Assembly (NCBI GenBank): GCA_045545595.1
Contig: JAZQBG010000003.1
Span: 155,462 to 219,461, forward strand
Length of the DNA stretch: 64,000 nucleotides
Direction of reading: 5' to 3'
DNA from: Bacilli bacterium
GTDB lineage: Bacteria > Bacillota_I > Bacilli_A > RF39 > UBA660
The number at the start of each line of letters is the position of its first letter. The stretch's first letter is position 1. The notes under the pieces were generated by a model that saw only the letters and a program-made list of their open reading frames with translations, searched no databases and was not told the DNA's origin. Of this stretch, positions 8,219-18,767 are shown one piece after another. Both the position numbers and the translations under genes were made by a program.

Positions 8219-9717
8219 TATTTTATATTTTCCTCCTTCTCCTTATAATTTAGTGCATACTTAATTCTTGCATCTGCAATAGGTAAATATTCATCAATTA
8301 ACTCTATTCCAATAAATTTATAATTAGCATTTCTTTCTTTATTTTCAAAAATAACAGCTTTACCTGTACTACCACTTCCCATAAATGGATCACAAACTGT
8401 TCCTTCCTTTGGTGTCACAAGACGAATTAAATACTGCATCAATTCGGTTGGTTTGACCGTTGGATGAGTGTTCTTTGTTATAGTTGTAAATCTTTTTTCT
8501 ACATCTTTCATATCTTTACTTGATATATTACTTTTACCATTAAAAACTTTTATTTTGTCTTCAAAATTTTCTAATCCCTCATTTCTATCCTTTTGACTAG
8601 CTTTAGCACAATAAAAATATCTTGATGCACTGCCCTTATCACCGTAATTACATAATCCAGTTCCTTTATTAACATCAAATCCACAGGTTTTTGAATTAAA
8701 ACTACTACCATCTTCTTTAATACCTATACGCTTTACCTCACTATTTAATTTTATTTTCCCACCTGAAGTTATAGGAAATCCACTACATACCTCTTTATAA
8801 GTATTATCATCATAAGTCAGTATAAGATCTGCAGGAAATCTACCTAATTTATTAACTTCATTCTTTGAACTTGTAAAACCTACAACACCATTACTCTTCA
8901 AACCTTTAACAGGTAATTTATAACCTGCCTCTTTTCTATAAAGTGGATTAGTTGCTGGATTTTTTGTATCTTCAAACGGTATTCTACATTCATCAATGTT
9001 GATACCTCCTACACCATTCTTTATTACATTATCAACTAATGACCCAACAAAAGGCTTTCTAGCAACTATAATAGGTTCATAAGCCGGCTTTAAAGTTGTT
9101 CCCCATCCTTGCCATTTCTTTGCCAATTCTGTTGATGGTAAATAATGCTTTCTGGTTGTTTCAATTATATCTCCCATAGCACCATTATTAGTTTGTTTTA
9201 TCTTATAGGATTCACCTTCACAATTCTGTTCTACAACTCTTTTTGTTCTAGTATTTGCTTTCCCATATTTTTCTCTTGCTTCTAATCCTTTTGATATATT
9301 CATAGATTTAGGAAAACCACTTCCATAAATCCACATTATGCAATCTCTAATTTCAAATCCTGCTTCTTCAATGGCTGACGCTATTTTATGATAAGTCCTT
9401 GCTCCTCCAAACGCTAATAGATAACCACCATTTTTTAATATTTCATAACATTTTCGCCAAGTATCAACATTATATTCAATACCAGAACCGTCCCATTCTT
9501 TTCCCATAAAACCTTTAGATAGTCTTGAAAAAGCACCATCACTTCCAAATTGTGCTGGTGATGAATTTTCTTTTCCAAATCGTTTTACAATAGTTGTCAA
9601 ACCATAAGGAGGATCTGTAACAATTGAGTCCACACTATTTGAAGGTATAACATTTAACATATCAAGCATATTGCCATGATAAAGAATATAATCGTCATTC
9701 TTGCTGTAAATTTTCAT
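8218..9717 (-). CDS. orphan DNA methyltransferase, beta-class N6-adenine/N4-cytosine (DPPY) family
   Basis: Motif IV SIVTDPPYGL near the N-terminus and motif I DPFMGSGSTG near the C-terminus (beta-class order IV...I). No adjacent restriction endonuclease. Confidence 0.85.
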   Translation of the reverse strand: MKIYSKNDDYILYHGNMLDMLNVIPSNSVDSIVTDPPYGLTTIVKRFGKENSSPAQFGSDGAFSRLSKGFMGKEWDGSGIEYNVDTWRKCYEILKNGGYLLAFGGARTYHKIASAIEEAGFEIRDCIMWIYGSGFPKSMNISKGLEAREKYGKANTRTKRVVEQNCEGESYKIKQTNNGAMGDIIETTRKHYLPSTELAKKWQGWGTTLKPAYEPIIVARKPFVGSLVDNVIKNGVGGINIDECRIPFEDTKNPATNPLYRKEAGYKLPVKGLKSNGVVGFTSSKNEVNKLGRFPADLILTYDDNTYKEVCSGFPITSGGKIKLNSEVKRIGIKEDGSSFNSKTCGFDVNKGTGLCNYGDKGSASRYFYCAKASQKDRNEGLENFEDKIKVFNGKSNISSKDMKDVEKRFTTITKNTHPTVKPTELMQYLIRLVTPKEGTVCDPFMGSGSTGKAVIFENKERNANYKFIGIELIDEYLPIADARIKYALNYKEKEENIK

Positions 9718-9740
9718 TTATATTTGCATCTCTCCTTTAA

Positions 9741-10142
9741 TTATTTTTCTATTTCTAAATCTATATCTTGTTCTTTTTTTTCTTCATGATGTTGATTAAA
9801 TAATTCCTTCCAAGATTCTATATCATAACCCACATCAATCATTATTTCCTCTAAAGAACAAATATCAAAGTAATCATTTTTTGAATATTCACTTATACTA
9901 GAGAATGTAAATCCTTTTCCTAATTGATATTCAAAACATATATCTTCGATATTACAATATTTAATTCCTGCATTATAACAAAAACCTTTTTCAAATCCAT
10001 ATTTATCATATATTTTTTTAATATAATCCACTTTAGATAATCCTAATTTTTTCATCAATTGAATAAATTGCTTAAATTCATTTTCACTTCTTACATTTAT
10101 AACAACCGCATTTGATAAAAACAATTCGTATTTATTTTCCAA
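9741..10142 (-). CDS. hypothetical protein
   Basis: ORF in track. Confidence 0.45.
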   Translation of the reverse strand: MENKYELFLSNAVVINVRSENEFKQFIQLMKKLGLSKVDYIKKIYDKYGFEKGFCYNAGIKYCNIEDICFEYQLGKGFTFSSISEYSKNDYFDICSLEEIMIDVGYDIESWKELFNQHHEEKKEQDIDLEIEK

Positions 10143-10160
10143 AAAAGTCTCCTTTCCAAT

Positions 10161-10481
10161 TTAGTAATCCAGTTCAATCATTTCTAGTTCTTCTTCACTA
10201 TACTCTTTAATTTTGTCATAACTAATTAAATTATTAATGCACTCTATAATTTTTAATTCCGCTTCACCAGAAACAATACTGATTACTTCATCTAATGTTA
10301 AATCTTTTCTTGGTTCATTTTTATTAAAAGTTACATCACATTCTTTTATGTTTTCTTGACTTGTTATATCACTTATATAATCTAAAATTATTTCTTGAAA
10401 ATAAGGTTTTACTATATTTTCTCTAAAATTTGTACCACTTATATCACTTCTTTGTTTTAACAATTCAGATAGTTTAATCAT
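10161..10481 (-). CDS. hypothetical protein
   Basis: ORF in track. Confidence 0.45.
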   Translation of the reverse strand: MIKLSELLKQRSDISGTNFRENIVKPYFQEIILDYISDITSQENIKECDVTFNKNEPRKDLTLDEVISIVSGEAELKIIECINNLISYDKIKEYSEEELEMIELDY

Positions 10482-10500
10482 TTTTCACTTTATTTTCCTT

Positions 10501-11208
10501 TCATTCATACATAAGTTTCATACCTAAATAAATACCATTTTCGTCAGTTATAGGTTCGCATCTTCCTGAACCACCATAAGATTTTAATTCTTTAGCACAA
10601 GCATCTACAACATTATTAATCGTATATCCATCTTCAAAAAGGAAATATTTTGGCGATGTTTTTTGAGAAGGAATAGTTGTATTCTGTTGTGGTTTAGTTT
10701 CCTCTTTTTCATTTTTTGAAGGAGTATTATTTTCAATTTTTGGTGGTGCTGGTGTTTCCTCTTTTACTTCTGGTTCTACTTCTTTAGGTGATTCTTCTAT
10801 TATTACTTTTAAGAAAGCCTGACTATCATTGTTAGAACTATCAAAAACAAAATATAAGATTTTATATTCTCCAATTTTTGAAGTATCAATTTTAGAATAT
10901 TGAACTTTATCTTTTAAATCCCCATCCTCTTTATCAATAACACTTTTAATATAAGAATTATAATCTAACTCACTATTCACCTGAATTTTAATTTCAGTAT
11001 CTGTTAATTCTAAAATAGGTGCTTCATCATTTTTTTGTTCTATTACTTCATTTTGAATAGGTATATCTTTAGGTTGTTTTTCTTGTATAGATAGATAATA
11101 CAAAATCCCTGAAATTAAAAAACAAACAAAAAGAAGAGATATAATTATTATTAAATTTCTCTTCTTTCTATATCTTTTATACTTTAATAATAACTCTTCA
11201 TCAGTCAA
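10501..11208 (-). CDS. membrane-anchored surface protein with Ig-like (DUF5011-type) domain
   Basis: N-terminal TM (IIIISLLFVCFLISGILYYL). DGDLKDKVQYSKIDTSKIGEYKILYFVFDSSNNDS pattern typical of DUF5011 Ig-like domains. TTG start with AAAGGAGAG RBS. Confidence 0.5.
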   Translation of the reverse strand: MTDEELLLKYKRYRKKRNLIIIISLLFVCFLISGILYYLSIQEKQPKDIPIQNEVIEQKNDEAPILELTDTEIKIQVNSELDYNSYIKSVIDKEDGDLKDKVQYSKIDTSKIGEYKILYFVFDSSNNDSQAFLKVIIEESPKEVEPEVKEETPAPPKIENNTPSKNEKEETKPQQNTTIPSQKTSPKYFLFEDGYTINNVVDACAKELKSYGGSGRCEPITDENGIYLGMKLMYE

Positions 11209-11225
11209 GATATATCTCTCCTTTC

Positions 11226-12710
11226 TTAAAACATATCGTCTGTTATATCTTTATCTAAAGATATACTTTTTTGATTATATATTTCCTTTGTTTTTTCAAT
11301 CCATTTCTTTATGAAATTCATATCTTTAGGATCTGTTATATCCCTATTTGAAGAATAATATGCTTGTCTATAATCAGAAAAGTCATTATTAAGTTCTATG
11401 GTGATATAACTTCTTTCTGGATTATCGTTTTTTCTAATAAAGAATATATTGCTAGTTCCTTTTGCAAATCTTTCAATATATCCACCTACACAATTGTTAT
11501 TATTACGCCCTTCTTGAAGTAAATCTTCCATATCTTTAGGAACAATTGCTTGCAAATATTCATCCTTAAATTCATATTTTTCAAGTTCTTTACTTCTTTC
11601 TTTAAATGGTTTACCTAAACTAGCCTGATATTCTTCTTTTTTAGCTTGTAATAATATTTGATAATTTCTCATTGTTACATCATGTTCTCTTTTTAATGAA
11701 TTACTATTAGTTACAGGTTCAATTCCACAATCTAATGCCATTCTTATGTAATCTCTTAAAATAGTAATTGCATCATTAGAACGAATTGCTTGGTACATAT
11801 CAACACGAGATAGATAATTAAGTAAAGTATCTAATGTATAAAGTTTTTTTCCATTATATTCTGAATTTAAAATACTTCTTATAGATTTGATTACCTGTGT
11901 ATCTCTTATTTTCAAATTTATAATTGTTTCTAATTGTTCTTTAGATAAATTATCTTTTTGAACCCATACTCTAAATTCATTCCATTTAGTTATATCTCTT
12001 GACATACCTTCATCTTTTAATAGTTGCCAAGCAAATTTAGGTAATTTAGTTATTTCGTTAATATTATTACCATTTTTAAAACTTCTTGAATAAAGTTGAA
12101 GATTATTAGTATCATGTATCCATTTATATACAATATCATCTAATCCTGATTTTACTAATTTTTCTATTTGTGGATGTTTAAGATAAACAATTGCGTACAC
12201 TAATTCTTCAATATCATTAGGGTAAAAATTAAAACCACAATATCCATAAAAATTTCTGAATGCTTCGTTATTCTGTCTAAATTTAATTTTATCTTTATAT
12301 TCATCAATAGAACAATAAGGGTTCTTTTCTCTAAATAATTCTAATACTTCAGGAAAGACAATTGATTTATTCTCAAAACTTTCGTAATAATGATGTCTGC
12401 AATCTGCAATATCATCTATTGAATAAATATTATTTATACTATAATTCATAAGATTATCATTAACTGTTTCTCTAGGAAAACGATATTCAAGATCTTTTAC
12501 TATATGATCTGGTGTCATAAAGAAAAAACTATTTAATTCTGGTACATAAAAGTAAATATTCTTTGCTTCCCATTTATGTCTCCAACTATAATAAGTACAA
12601 TAATATTCATAAGTTTTATCTTTATAATTTACTAATAATTCATTTAATTTATTTTTTACAATTTCTTGATCTATTAAAGTATATTCAGATAATGATTTAG
12701 GTTTTTCCAT
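11226..12710 (-). CDS. PcfJ-like conjugation-associated protein
   Basis: Size and the conserved NCVGGYIERFAKGTSNIFFIRK region resemble the PcfJ-like family of enterococcal/clostridial conjugative plasmids (from memory). Confidence 0.45.
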   Translation of the reverse strand: MEKPKSLSEYTLIDQEIVKNKLNELLVNYKDKTYEYYCTYYSWRHKWEAKNIYFYVPELNSFFFMTPDHIVKDLEYRFPRETVNDNLMNYSINNIYSIDDIADCRHHYYESFENKSIVFPEVLELFREKNPYCSIDEYKDKIKFRQNNEAFRNFYGYCGFNFYPNDIEELVYAIVYLKHPQIEKLVKSGLDDIVYKWIHDTNNLQLYSRSFKNGNNINEITKLPKFAWQLLKDEGMSRDITKWNEFRVWVQKDNLSKEQLETIINLKIRDTQVIKSIRSILNSEYNGKKLYTLDTLLNYLSRVDMYQAIRSNDAITILRDYIRMALDCGIEPVTNSNSLKREHDVTMRNYQILLQAKKEEYQASLGKPFKERSKELEKYEFKDEYLQAIVPKDMEDLLQEGRNNNNCVGGYIERFAKGTSNIFFIRKNDNPERSYITIELNNDFSDYRQAYYSSNRDITDPKDMNFIKKWIEKTKEIYNQKSISLDKDITDDMF

Positions 12711-12713
12711 CTA

Positions 12714-13109
12714 TTAATCCTCTGCTACATCTAATTTTTCTCTTATAATTATATTAATAATTTCAACTGTTTCATTACCTGCATTATCTTTAACTTTATA
12801 CTCTAACTTATATTCTCCAACTTCCGAAGTATCAATTATATTATGTTCTACTGATGAAGTAATATCACCATCAACATCATCTTTTGCTGAAACAATAAAT
12901 GCTTCATAATTTAAAATATCATCTTGATAAATAATTAACTTCGATTCTTTTAAAATTAGATCAGGAGGTATGGTATCAACTTTCTCATCATTAGGTTGAT
13001 TGTTATTACCCTTTTCTTCTTTAATTACTACATTTTGAATAAAACTTGTTAAAACAATTGAAAAAATCATAAAACTAAAAATTATAATTAATGCTGTTTT
13101 TTTCTTCAT
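12714..13109 (-). CDS. membrane-anchored Ig-like (DUF5011-type) domain protein
   Basis: Signal/TM then DDVDGDITSSVEHNIIDTSEVGEYKLEYKVKDNAGNETV. Same domain type as 10501..11208. Confidence 0.5.
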   Translation of the reverse strand: MKKKTALIIIFSFMIFSIVLTSFIQNVVIKEEKGNNNQPNDEKVDTIPPDLILKESKLIIYQDDILNYEAFIVSAKDDVDGDITSSVEHNIIDTSEVGEYKLEYKVKDNAGNETVEIINIIIREKLDVAED

Positions 13110-13124
13110 ATTTTATCCTTTCTT

Positions 13125-14930
13125 TTATAAATATATAAAACCTACTAAATATAATCCGCTTGATTTACTTGCATCTTTATATGCTTGTAAACTAGAATAA
13201 GTTTTAGTTCTAACTAATTCGTTTGCGTGCTGATTTGCATATTCTACTTGACTACAATTTGCTTCTTTTTTACTACAAGCATTACCAACATTACCTTCAC
13301 TAATTGTTATCTTTTCACCATCATAAGATTCAACATAAGCAACATGACCATAAGACCTTCCTGCTAATACTGCTATACTATTAGGCATAGGATAACTTCC
13401 TGTATCTAATCCCATAGCAACTGCACTAGATAACCAAGTATAAGCATTTCCTGCTGGTACTTTTTTATTTGTACTTTCTAATGCTCTACCATGCGAATAC
13501 CAAGTACATTGTCCTTTAAATCCTGAAGTTGTTAGTATATTCTTTGAATTATAATTATCACTAGATAAATTTCTTTCAACATCGTTTTTTCCATACTTTG
13601 TAGGTATATCTAAAAACTTATTATCAAATTCTTCAAACACACTTTCGGAAGTATATAAATAATTAATTGTTTCTAACTGTAAAGTATCAAAATTATTATC
13701 AACATAACCAATTATTTTTTTATCATTCATAAATTTTTTTATATAACTAAAATTGTTCTTACACCATACTAAATAATCTTCTAGTGTTGCATTAGTAATT
13801 ATCATAACTTTTTTTGTTGTTTCTGTTTGTAAATCACCTGTTCCGCTAGTTGTTGTTTGCTCTATAATTTCATGTTTTTCAAGCAAGCCTGCATCCTTAA
13901 ATTTTTGGATTAATTCTTTTTCTGAATTATCAAATTTAATATCTGCTCCTAATCCCTGCATAATTGCAAATGGTACTCGCCAATTAATTTTTCCATATCC
14001 GCCTCTAACTCCAACAACAATTCCAGTTGGATTATCTCTTAAAAATTGTTCTACTTCCTTGTCATAACTTTCTTGAATAGATTCCATATAAGTTTCATAG
14101 TTATTTCTTGTTTCTGTTCCCCAACTAAAAATAGAACAAACTGCTACTATTATTAAAATAACTAATGCAAGTGGTAATATAAATTCAGATATTGCTGACA
14201 CACCTGCTATAAGCAATTTTAAGACCTTTTTTAAGAGAATTTTAAATGCTGATGCAATCTTCCTTTTAAGAGGTGCTGTTGCTTTATTAACAGCCTTTTT
14301 TATAGGTTTTTTGACAGGATTAACAATTTTTTTCTTTATTACTTTTTTAGTATTTCTAGTTGCCCTAGTTTTTAAAAAGTCTTTACCAGTTCCATCACTA
14401 GACATAGCTTTATCTAAATCTCTTGACGCCTTTGTTATAGAACTTCCAACTTTAGTTATTCCTTTTCCTGTTTTAGATACAACAGTTATTGATTTTGAAA
14501 TTTTACCTTGATTATCATTAAATTTAAAAGTCTTATTTATAACTTTTGTAATACCTGTCTTTAATTTACTTTTTGAAACAACATTTTCAGTATTATCTTC
14601 ACTTTTGCTATTTTCAGTTATATTTTGGTTATTAACTCCTGTCTTTAATTTAGTAGTAGGAACATCATTTGTATCTATTTTATCATCACTACTATTTTCA
14701 GAAGTTTTTAATCTAGTATTATATTCTTTACTTTCGTTTGATGATTCATTTTCATTGTTATCAATATTATTGTTTTTTTCTTCATTCTTATCTAATAAAT
14801 CAGTTTTTAAATTAGATACCTTTTTAGCTGTTTTATCTAAATAATCAAATCCTTTTTCTATACTATAATTTTTTGCTAGCTTCGTTCTTTCTAGTGATTT
14901 TGTAATATCATCCCTATTTTTGTTATCCAT
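13125..14930 (-). CDS. conjugative cell-wall hydrolase with C-terminal CHAP domain (PrgK/TcpG/Orf14-like)
   Basis: C-terminal GQCTWYSHGRALE ... GRSYGHVAYVESYDGE (Cys/His CHAP signature). Internal TM. K/N-rich disordered N-terminal region. Sits directly after VirB4 as in Firmicutes T4SS loci. Confidence 0.8.
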   Translation of the reverse strand: MDNKNRDDITKSLERTKLAKNYSIEKGFDYLDKTAKKVSNLKTDLLDKNEEKNNNIDNNENESSNESKEYNTRLKTSENSSDDKIDTNDVPTTKLKTGVNNQNITENSKSEDNTENVVSKSKLKTGITKVINKTFKFNDNQGKISKSITVVSKTGKGITKVGSSITKASRDLDKAMSSDGTGKDFLKTRATRNTKKVIKKKIVNPVKKPIKKAVNKATAPLKRKIASAFKILLKKVLKLLIAGVSAISEFILPLALVILIIVAVCSIFSWGTETRNNYETYMESIQESYDKEVEQFLRDNPTGIVVGVRGGYGKINWRVPFAIMQGLGADIKFDNSEKELIQKFKDAGLLEKHEIIEQTTTSGTGDLQTETTKKVMIITNATLEDYLVWCKNNFSYIKKFMNDKKIIGYVDNNFDTLQLETINYLYTSESVFEEFDNKFLDIPTKYGKNDVERNLSSDNYNSKNILTTSGFKGQCTWYSHGRALESTNKKVPAGNAYTWLSSAVAMGLDTGSYPMPNSIAVLAGRSYGHVAYVESYDGEKITISEGNVGNACSKKEANCSQVEYANQHANELVRTKTYSSLQAYKDASKSSGLYLVGFIYL

Positions 14931-17350
14931 TATCTAGCCTGCACTTTATTATCGGTATTGTTAATCTCATACATAACATAATTTGTAGGTATTGTGTTTG
15001 AAAATGGTATTACATCAGAACCAAATACTAGCAATCCTTCACCAGCCTTTGCATCGCCTTCAATATATCTCGATTCTTCCTCGCTAATATTGAAAATACC
15101 GCATATATGCGGTAAATCTAATGCTTTTTGTTTTAATATAACAGCAAACTCTGAATTAGATAATATCTTCCTACCTTGTTCATTTTCCAACATATCTGCA
15201 ATATTTTGAGTTATTATCGTATTCATACCTAAAAATTTTCTTCCAACCTTATAGAATTTTGCAACATATTCTGCTGAATATGGATTTGCAAGTAAGATAT
15301 GAACTTCATCAATAAATATCCAAGTATATCTACCAATTTGTTTGTTTAATGTTAATCTATTCTGAATGTGATCTAAAACAACTAAATAACCAGTTTTTTG
15401 TAATGTTTGAGATAATTCACTTATATCAAAACTAACCAATCTATTTTTAATATCTATATTAGTATTTTTTGAAAAAATATCCAAAGAACCAGTTACATAT
15501 CTTTCTAATACCAATGCTAAATCCTGTGCTTCTTGTTCTGGTTGTTCTTTTAACTTTTTATAAAAATCAGGTAATTTAGGAAGTAATGTTTTATCTTGAT
15601 AATGACTATTTTCATAATCTTCAAAGATTAACTTAGTGCACCTATCAATTATTGTTTTTTGTCCTCCACTTAATCCATTTGCACCTATAATACTTTCTAA
15701 AAAAGCAATTATATACTCTGATTTAGACTTAATTGGATTATTATTACCACCATCAGTTAAACCATAATTCAAATCTAAATCAAATGGATTAATGTGTGTT
15801 TTAGATGTTGTAGATATTTTTATTGTTTGACCTTTAAAAACTTTTAACAACTCATCATACTCATTTTGCGGATCTATAATACAAACTTCATCCTCTGGGT
15901 AACGAAGTAAAATTTGTTCAATAAGCATTTTAACATTGAAAGATTTTCCTGCTCCTGATGTTGCCAAAACGCATCCATTACCATTAAGTAATTTCTTTCT
16001 ATCACAGAATATTGCATTTTTACTAACTAAATTTCTACCATAAAAAATTGAATGTTCATGTAAAAAATCTTTACTATTAAAAGGAACATTAACTGCTGTT
16101 GCTTCGCTAGTTAATGTTCTTTGAAATTGTATAGAATTATGTCCAAGTGGGAGTGTATGTTGTAATCCTTCTAATTGTTGCCAAAGTAAAGTTCTCATTT
16201 CTACTAACATCTCAGAAGCAATTTCATGAACTCTTACTGTTTGTTCTTCTAACTCTTCAAATGAATTTGCTATAATACATACCATAAAATTGTTTTGAAA
16301 AATCTTTTGATTATTTTTTTGTAAGTCATATTGCAATTGTTCTGCATTAGAAATTCTTGTTTCTAACTTTTTATCTTTAACATAGTTATAATCCAAATTA
16401 TTTTTACCTGCTCTTTTTATTTTTTCTAATCTTTCTGTTTCCATAGCTGATAAACTTCTATCCACTTGTTTAATCATTTTAGCAGAATTTGTTGGAGTAA
16501 TATTTAATGTTGTCATTAAATTTATATTATCTAATGTTGTTAAACGATTATAAAATCTAGGTGTTAAAGATTTAGGAAGTTTATTAACAAATAAAATTCT
16601 CATAAATTTCTTTTCTTCTATCTCTATAAAATCAGATTCACGCATTGAAGCAACTTTAGGAGCAAGTGCATCATATAATGATAAATTATTATCTTTAGCA
16701 TAATCTATAATATTATTTATTTTGCGGTCTTCTAGTGTTTGAATATTAATAATATTATGGATAAATTCCAGCCTTTCTTTTACTGACACAATTCTTACAT
16801 TAGATTTTAATTCCTTGAACTTCTTTTCTGTTTTTAAATATATATTTAGAAATAAAGCATTTGCTTCCTCAAAGTTCTTTGCCTTTAGGGATATAACAAT
16901 ATATCTTTTGTTTTGAAGTGTATCTTCTTTAGAGCCTAATGTTTTTTCTATTTCCATATTAAGTTCTTCCGCTATTTGTTTTTGTTTTGGATCATCAACA
17001 ATACTAGAATCAAAAATAAATCTTTCTTTATATCTTTCAGTTTTTATTGGTGTTCCTGCATTTACTACTTCAATATGCGTATCCTCTCTAAAGGAATGTA
17101 GATATTCAAGCCATTTAAAAAAGATGTTTTCAGCATCTTCATCATTAGCTTTTGCAAATGATACATCAGAATATTCCATACATATTGAATATTCATCTTC
17201 TGTTATTCTAAATATGCCTGTTTTTTCATCTACTTCTTTAAATAAATATGCAATCATATCTTGCGTAGTTTCTGGTATATAAACTTTATGAAACAGAGTT
17301 CTTTTTTTCTTTTTCTTCTTGTGTACCACTTTCTTTCCTTTTTTCTTCAA
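14930..17350 (-). CDS. VirB4-family conjugative transfer ATPase (PrgJ/TcpF/Orf16-like)
   Basis: ~800 aa. Walker A LATSGAGKSF near residue 460. Walker B-like IFIDEVHILL. Position between PrgI-like membrane protein and CHAP hydrolase. Confidence 0.85.
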   Translation of the reverse strand: MKKKGKKVVHKKKKKKRTLFHKVYIPETTQDMIAYLFKEVDEKTGIFRITEDEYSICMEYSDVSFAKANDEDAENIFFKWLEYLHSFREDTHIEVVNAGTPIKTERYKERFIFDSSIVDDPKQKQIAEELNMEIEKTLGSKEDTLQNKRYIVISLKAKNFEEANALFLNIYLKTEKKFKELKSNVRIVSVKERLEFIHNIINIQTLEDRKINNIIDYAKDNNLSLYDALAPKVASMRESDFIEIEEKKFMRILFVNKLPKSLTPRFYNRLTTLDNINLMTTLNITPTNSAKMIKQVDRSLSAMETERLEKIKRAGKNNLDYNYVKDKKLETRISNAEQLQYDLQKNNQKIFQNNFMVCIIANSFEELEEQTVRVHEIASEMLVEMRTLLWQQLEGLQHTLPLGHNSIQFQRTLTSEATAVNVPFNSKDFLHEHSIFYGRNLVSKNAIFCDRKKLLNGNGCVLATSGAGKSFNVKMLIEQILLRYPEDEVCIIDPQNEYDELLKVFKGQTIKISTTSKTHINPFDLDLNYGLTDGGNNNPIKSKSEYIIAFLESIIGANGLSGGQKTIIDRCTKLIFEDYENSHYQDKTLLPKLPDFYKKLKEQPEQEAQDLALVLERYVTGSLDIFSKNTNIDIKNRLVSFDISELSQTLQKTGYLVVLDHIQNRLTLNKQIGRYTWIFIDEVHILLANPYSAEYVAKFYKVGRKFLGMNTIITQNIADMLENEQGRKILSNSEFAVILKQKALDLPHICGIFNISEEESRYIEGDAKAGEGLLVFGSDVIPFSNTIPTNYVMYEINNTDNKVQAR

Positions 17351-17921
17351 CTAGATTATTCTCCTTTCTCATAGCTTGTTCTACGAATTTTAATAACGCT
17401 TTTGTTTCTTCGCTACTCAAAGAATAAGCATCCTCTTTTTTAGGTAATTCTGTTCCAAACTTCTTTCTTGCTCTTGCTAAATCTCTTTGTCTTTGTCGTT
17501 CCACTTTTAATTGTTTTTGTTTTTCTTTTTCTTCTTTTAACTTTTTCTTTGCTTCTATTTTTTGTTTTTTAGATATTTTAGGTTTCTTTCTTTTTTGTTC
17601 TTTTTCTAATCTCTTATCTTCTTCTGTTTTATAATAAAGAGGTTTTGCAAAATTAATATAATTTCTTTTCCAAAAGAAAATTATTTTTTCAGCATTTAAT
17701 CCTTGAATAGGAATAAATCCAAAAAAGCCTAAAGGTAATGCAATAAAAATTACTATCCATCCTGTTAGATCTGAACCTAAAATAGGATTTAAAAATATAT
17801 AGACAGGAACAACAGTAATAACTATTAAAATTGCAAATAACCATTGTCTTATTGTAAAACTATAAAATTTTTCTTTATAATCTTTTATTTCATCATGAAT
17901 ACGAGGTTCTATTCTATCCAT
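17286..17921 (-). CDS. PrgI/VirB3-like small membrane protein with K/R/E-rich C-terminal tail
   Basis: Two hydrophobic segments followed by a lysine-rich tail; located immediately upstream of VirB4 as in pCF10-type loci. Confidence 0.5.
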   Translation of the reverse strand: MDRIEPRIHDEIKDYKEKFYSFTIRQWLFAILIVITVVPVYIFLNPILGSDLTGWIVIFIALPLGFFGFIPIQGLNAEKIIFFWKRNYINFAKPLYYKTEEDKRLEKEQKRKKPKISKKQKIEAKKKLKEEKEKQKQLKVERQRQRDLARARKKFGTELPKKEDAYSLSSEETKALLKFVEQAMRKENNLVEEKRKESGTQEEKEKKNSVS

Positions 17922-17924
17922 ATT

Positions 17925-18743
17925 CTATCCTCCTGTCCATTTTTCTGCTAAGTTACTTGTAATTGAAATTAAAGCCATTAAAAAGCCATTTAAGAACATA
18001 ATTGCTATTAATGTACTTATTGAACCAGCATTAGTTAAAGAACCTAAAGCTATTGAATAAATTGCTGTTGCAACAACAATCATTGATGCTTCAATTCCTA
18101 ATGCTATTGTTGACATAAAAAATCTTTTACATACAGAAGTTCCATCTTCCCAAGCTCCAAGAGCAATAGGAATGGGTGAAAAAGCAAAACTCAATATTAA
18201 TTTTCCAATACGGACAAAAACTTGTACTAATATTCCAACAAGAGTTCCCATAAAAGGGATATACAAAATTAATATAATAATAGCCATTAAACCCCTGTCT
18301 ATCATTCCACCTGCGTTTGATACTAAATCACCCATTTGCTCCGCTAAATCAGGAATTGAAGTTACACTTCCTAATGACGAAGTAACCTTAGTCAATAAAT
18401 CATTTGAAATACTCATAATAGAAGATAATAAATGAAATGAATTTTCTAATAACATCTTAAATATAAAGAAACGAATACACATAAAAACAACTCGTTCCCA
18501 AGTTAATCTTTCAAAATCCATTACTTTTTTTAGAAAATCCATTAAGAAGAATAAAGTTAGTAAACTAAGTCCAATAGGAACAACAACATTATGAAGATTT
18601 GATGCAAGCCCCCAAATTGATGTTCCTTTTATAACATTCCAATTACATAAACTTCTTATTGTTCCAACAAAATTTCCAAAATCGATATTAAAGCCAAGAA
18701 CAGAGAAAGTTATTTTAAATATATTCTCTATTAGTTTATCCAT
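17925..18743 (-). CDS. polytopic membrane protein, VirB6/TrbL-like candidate
   Basis: Multiple predicted TM helices; position in T4SS cluster. Confidence 0.45.
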   Translation of the reverse strand: MDKLIENIFKITFSVLGFNIDFGNFVGTIRSLCNWNVIKGTSIWGLASNLHNVVVPIGLSLLTLFFLMDFLKKVMDFERLTWERVVFMCIRFFIFKMLLENSFHLLSSIMSISNDLLTKVTSSLGSVTSIPDLAEQMGDLVSNAGGMIDRGLMAIIILILYIPFMGTLVGILVQVFVRIGKLILSFAFSPIPIALGAWEDGTSVCKRFFMSTIALGIEASMIVVATAIYSIALGSLTNAGSISTLIAIMFLNGFLMALISITSNLAEKWTGG

Positions 18744-18767
18744 ATATCATCTCCCTGTGAAATTCTT

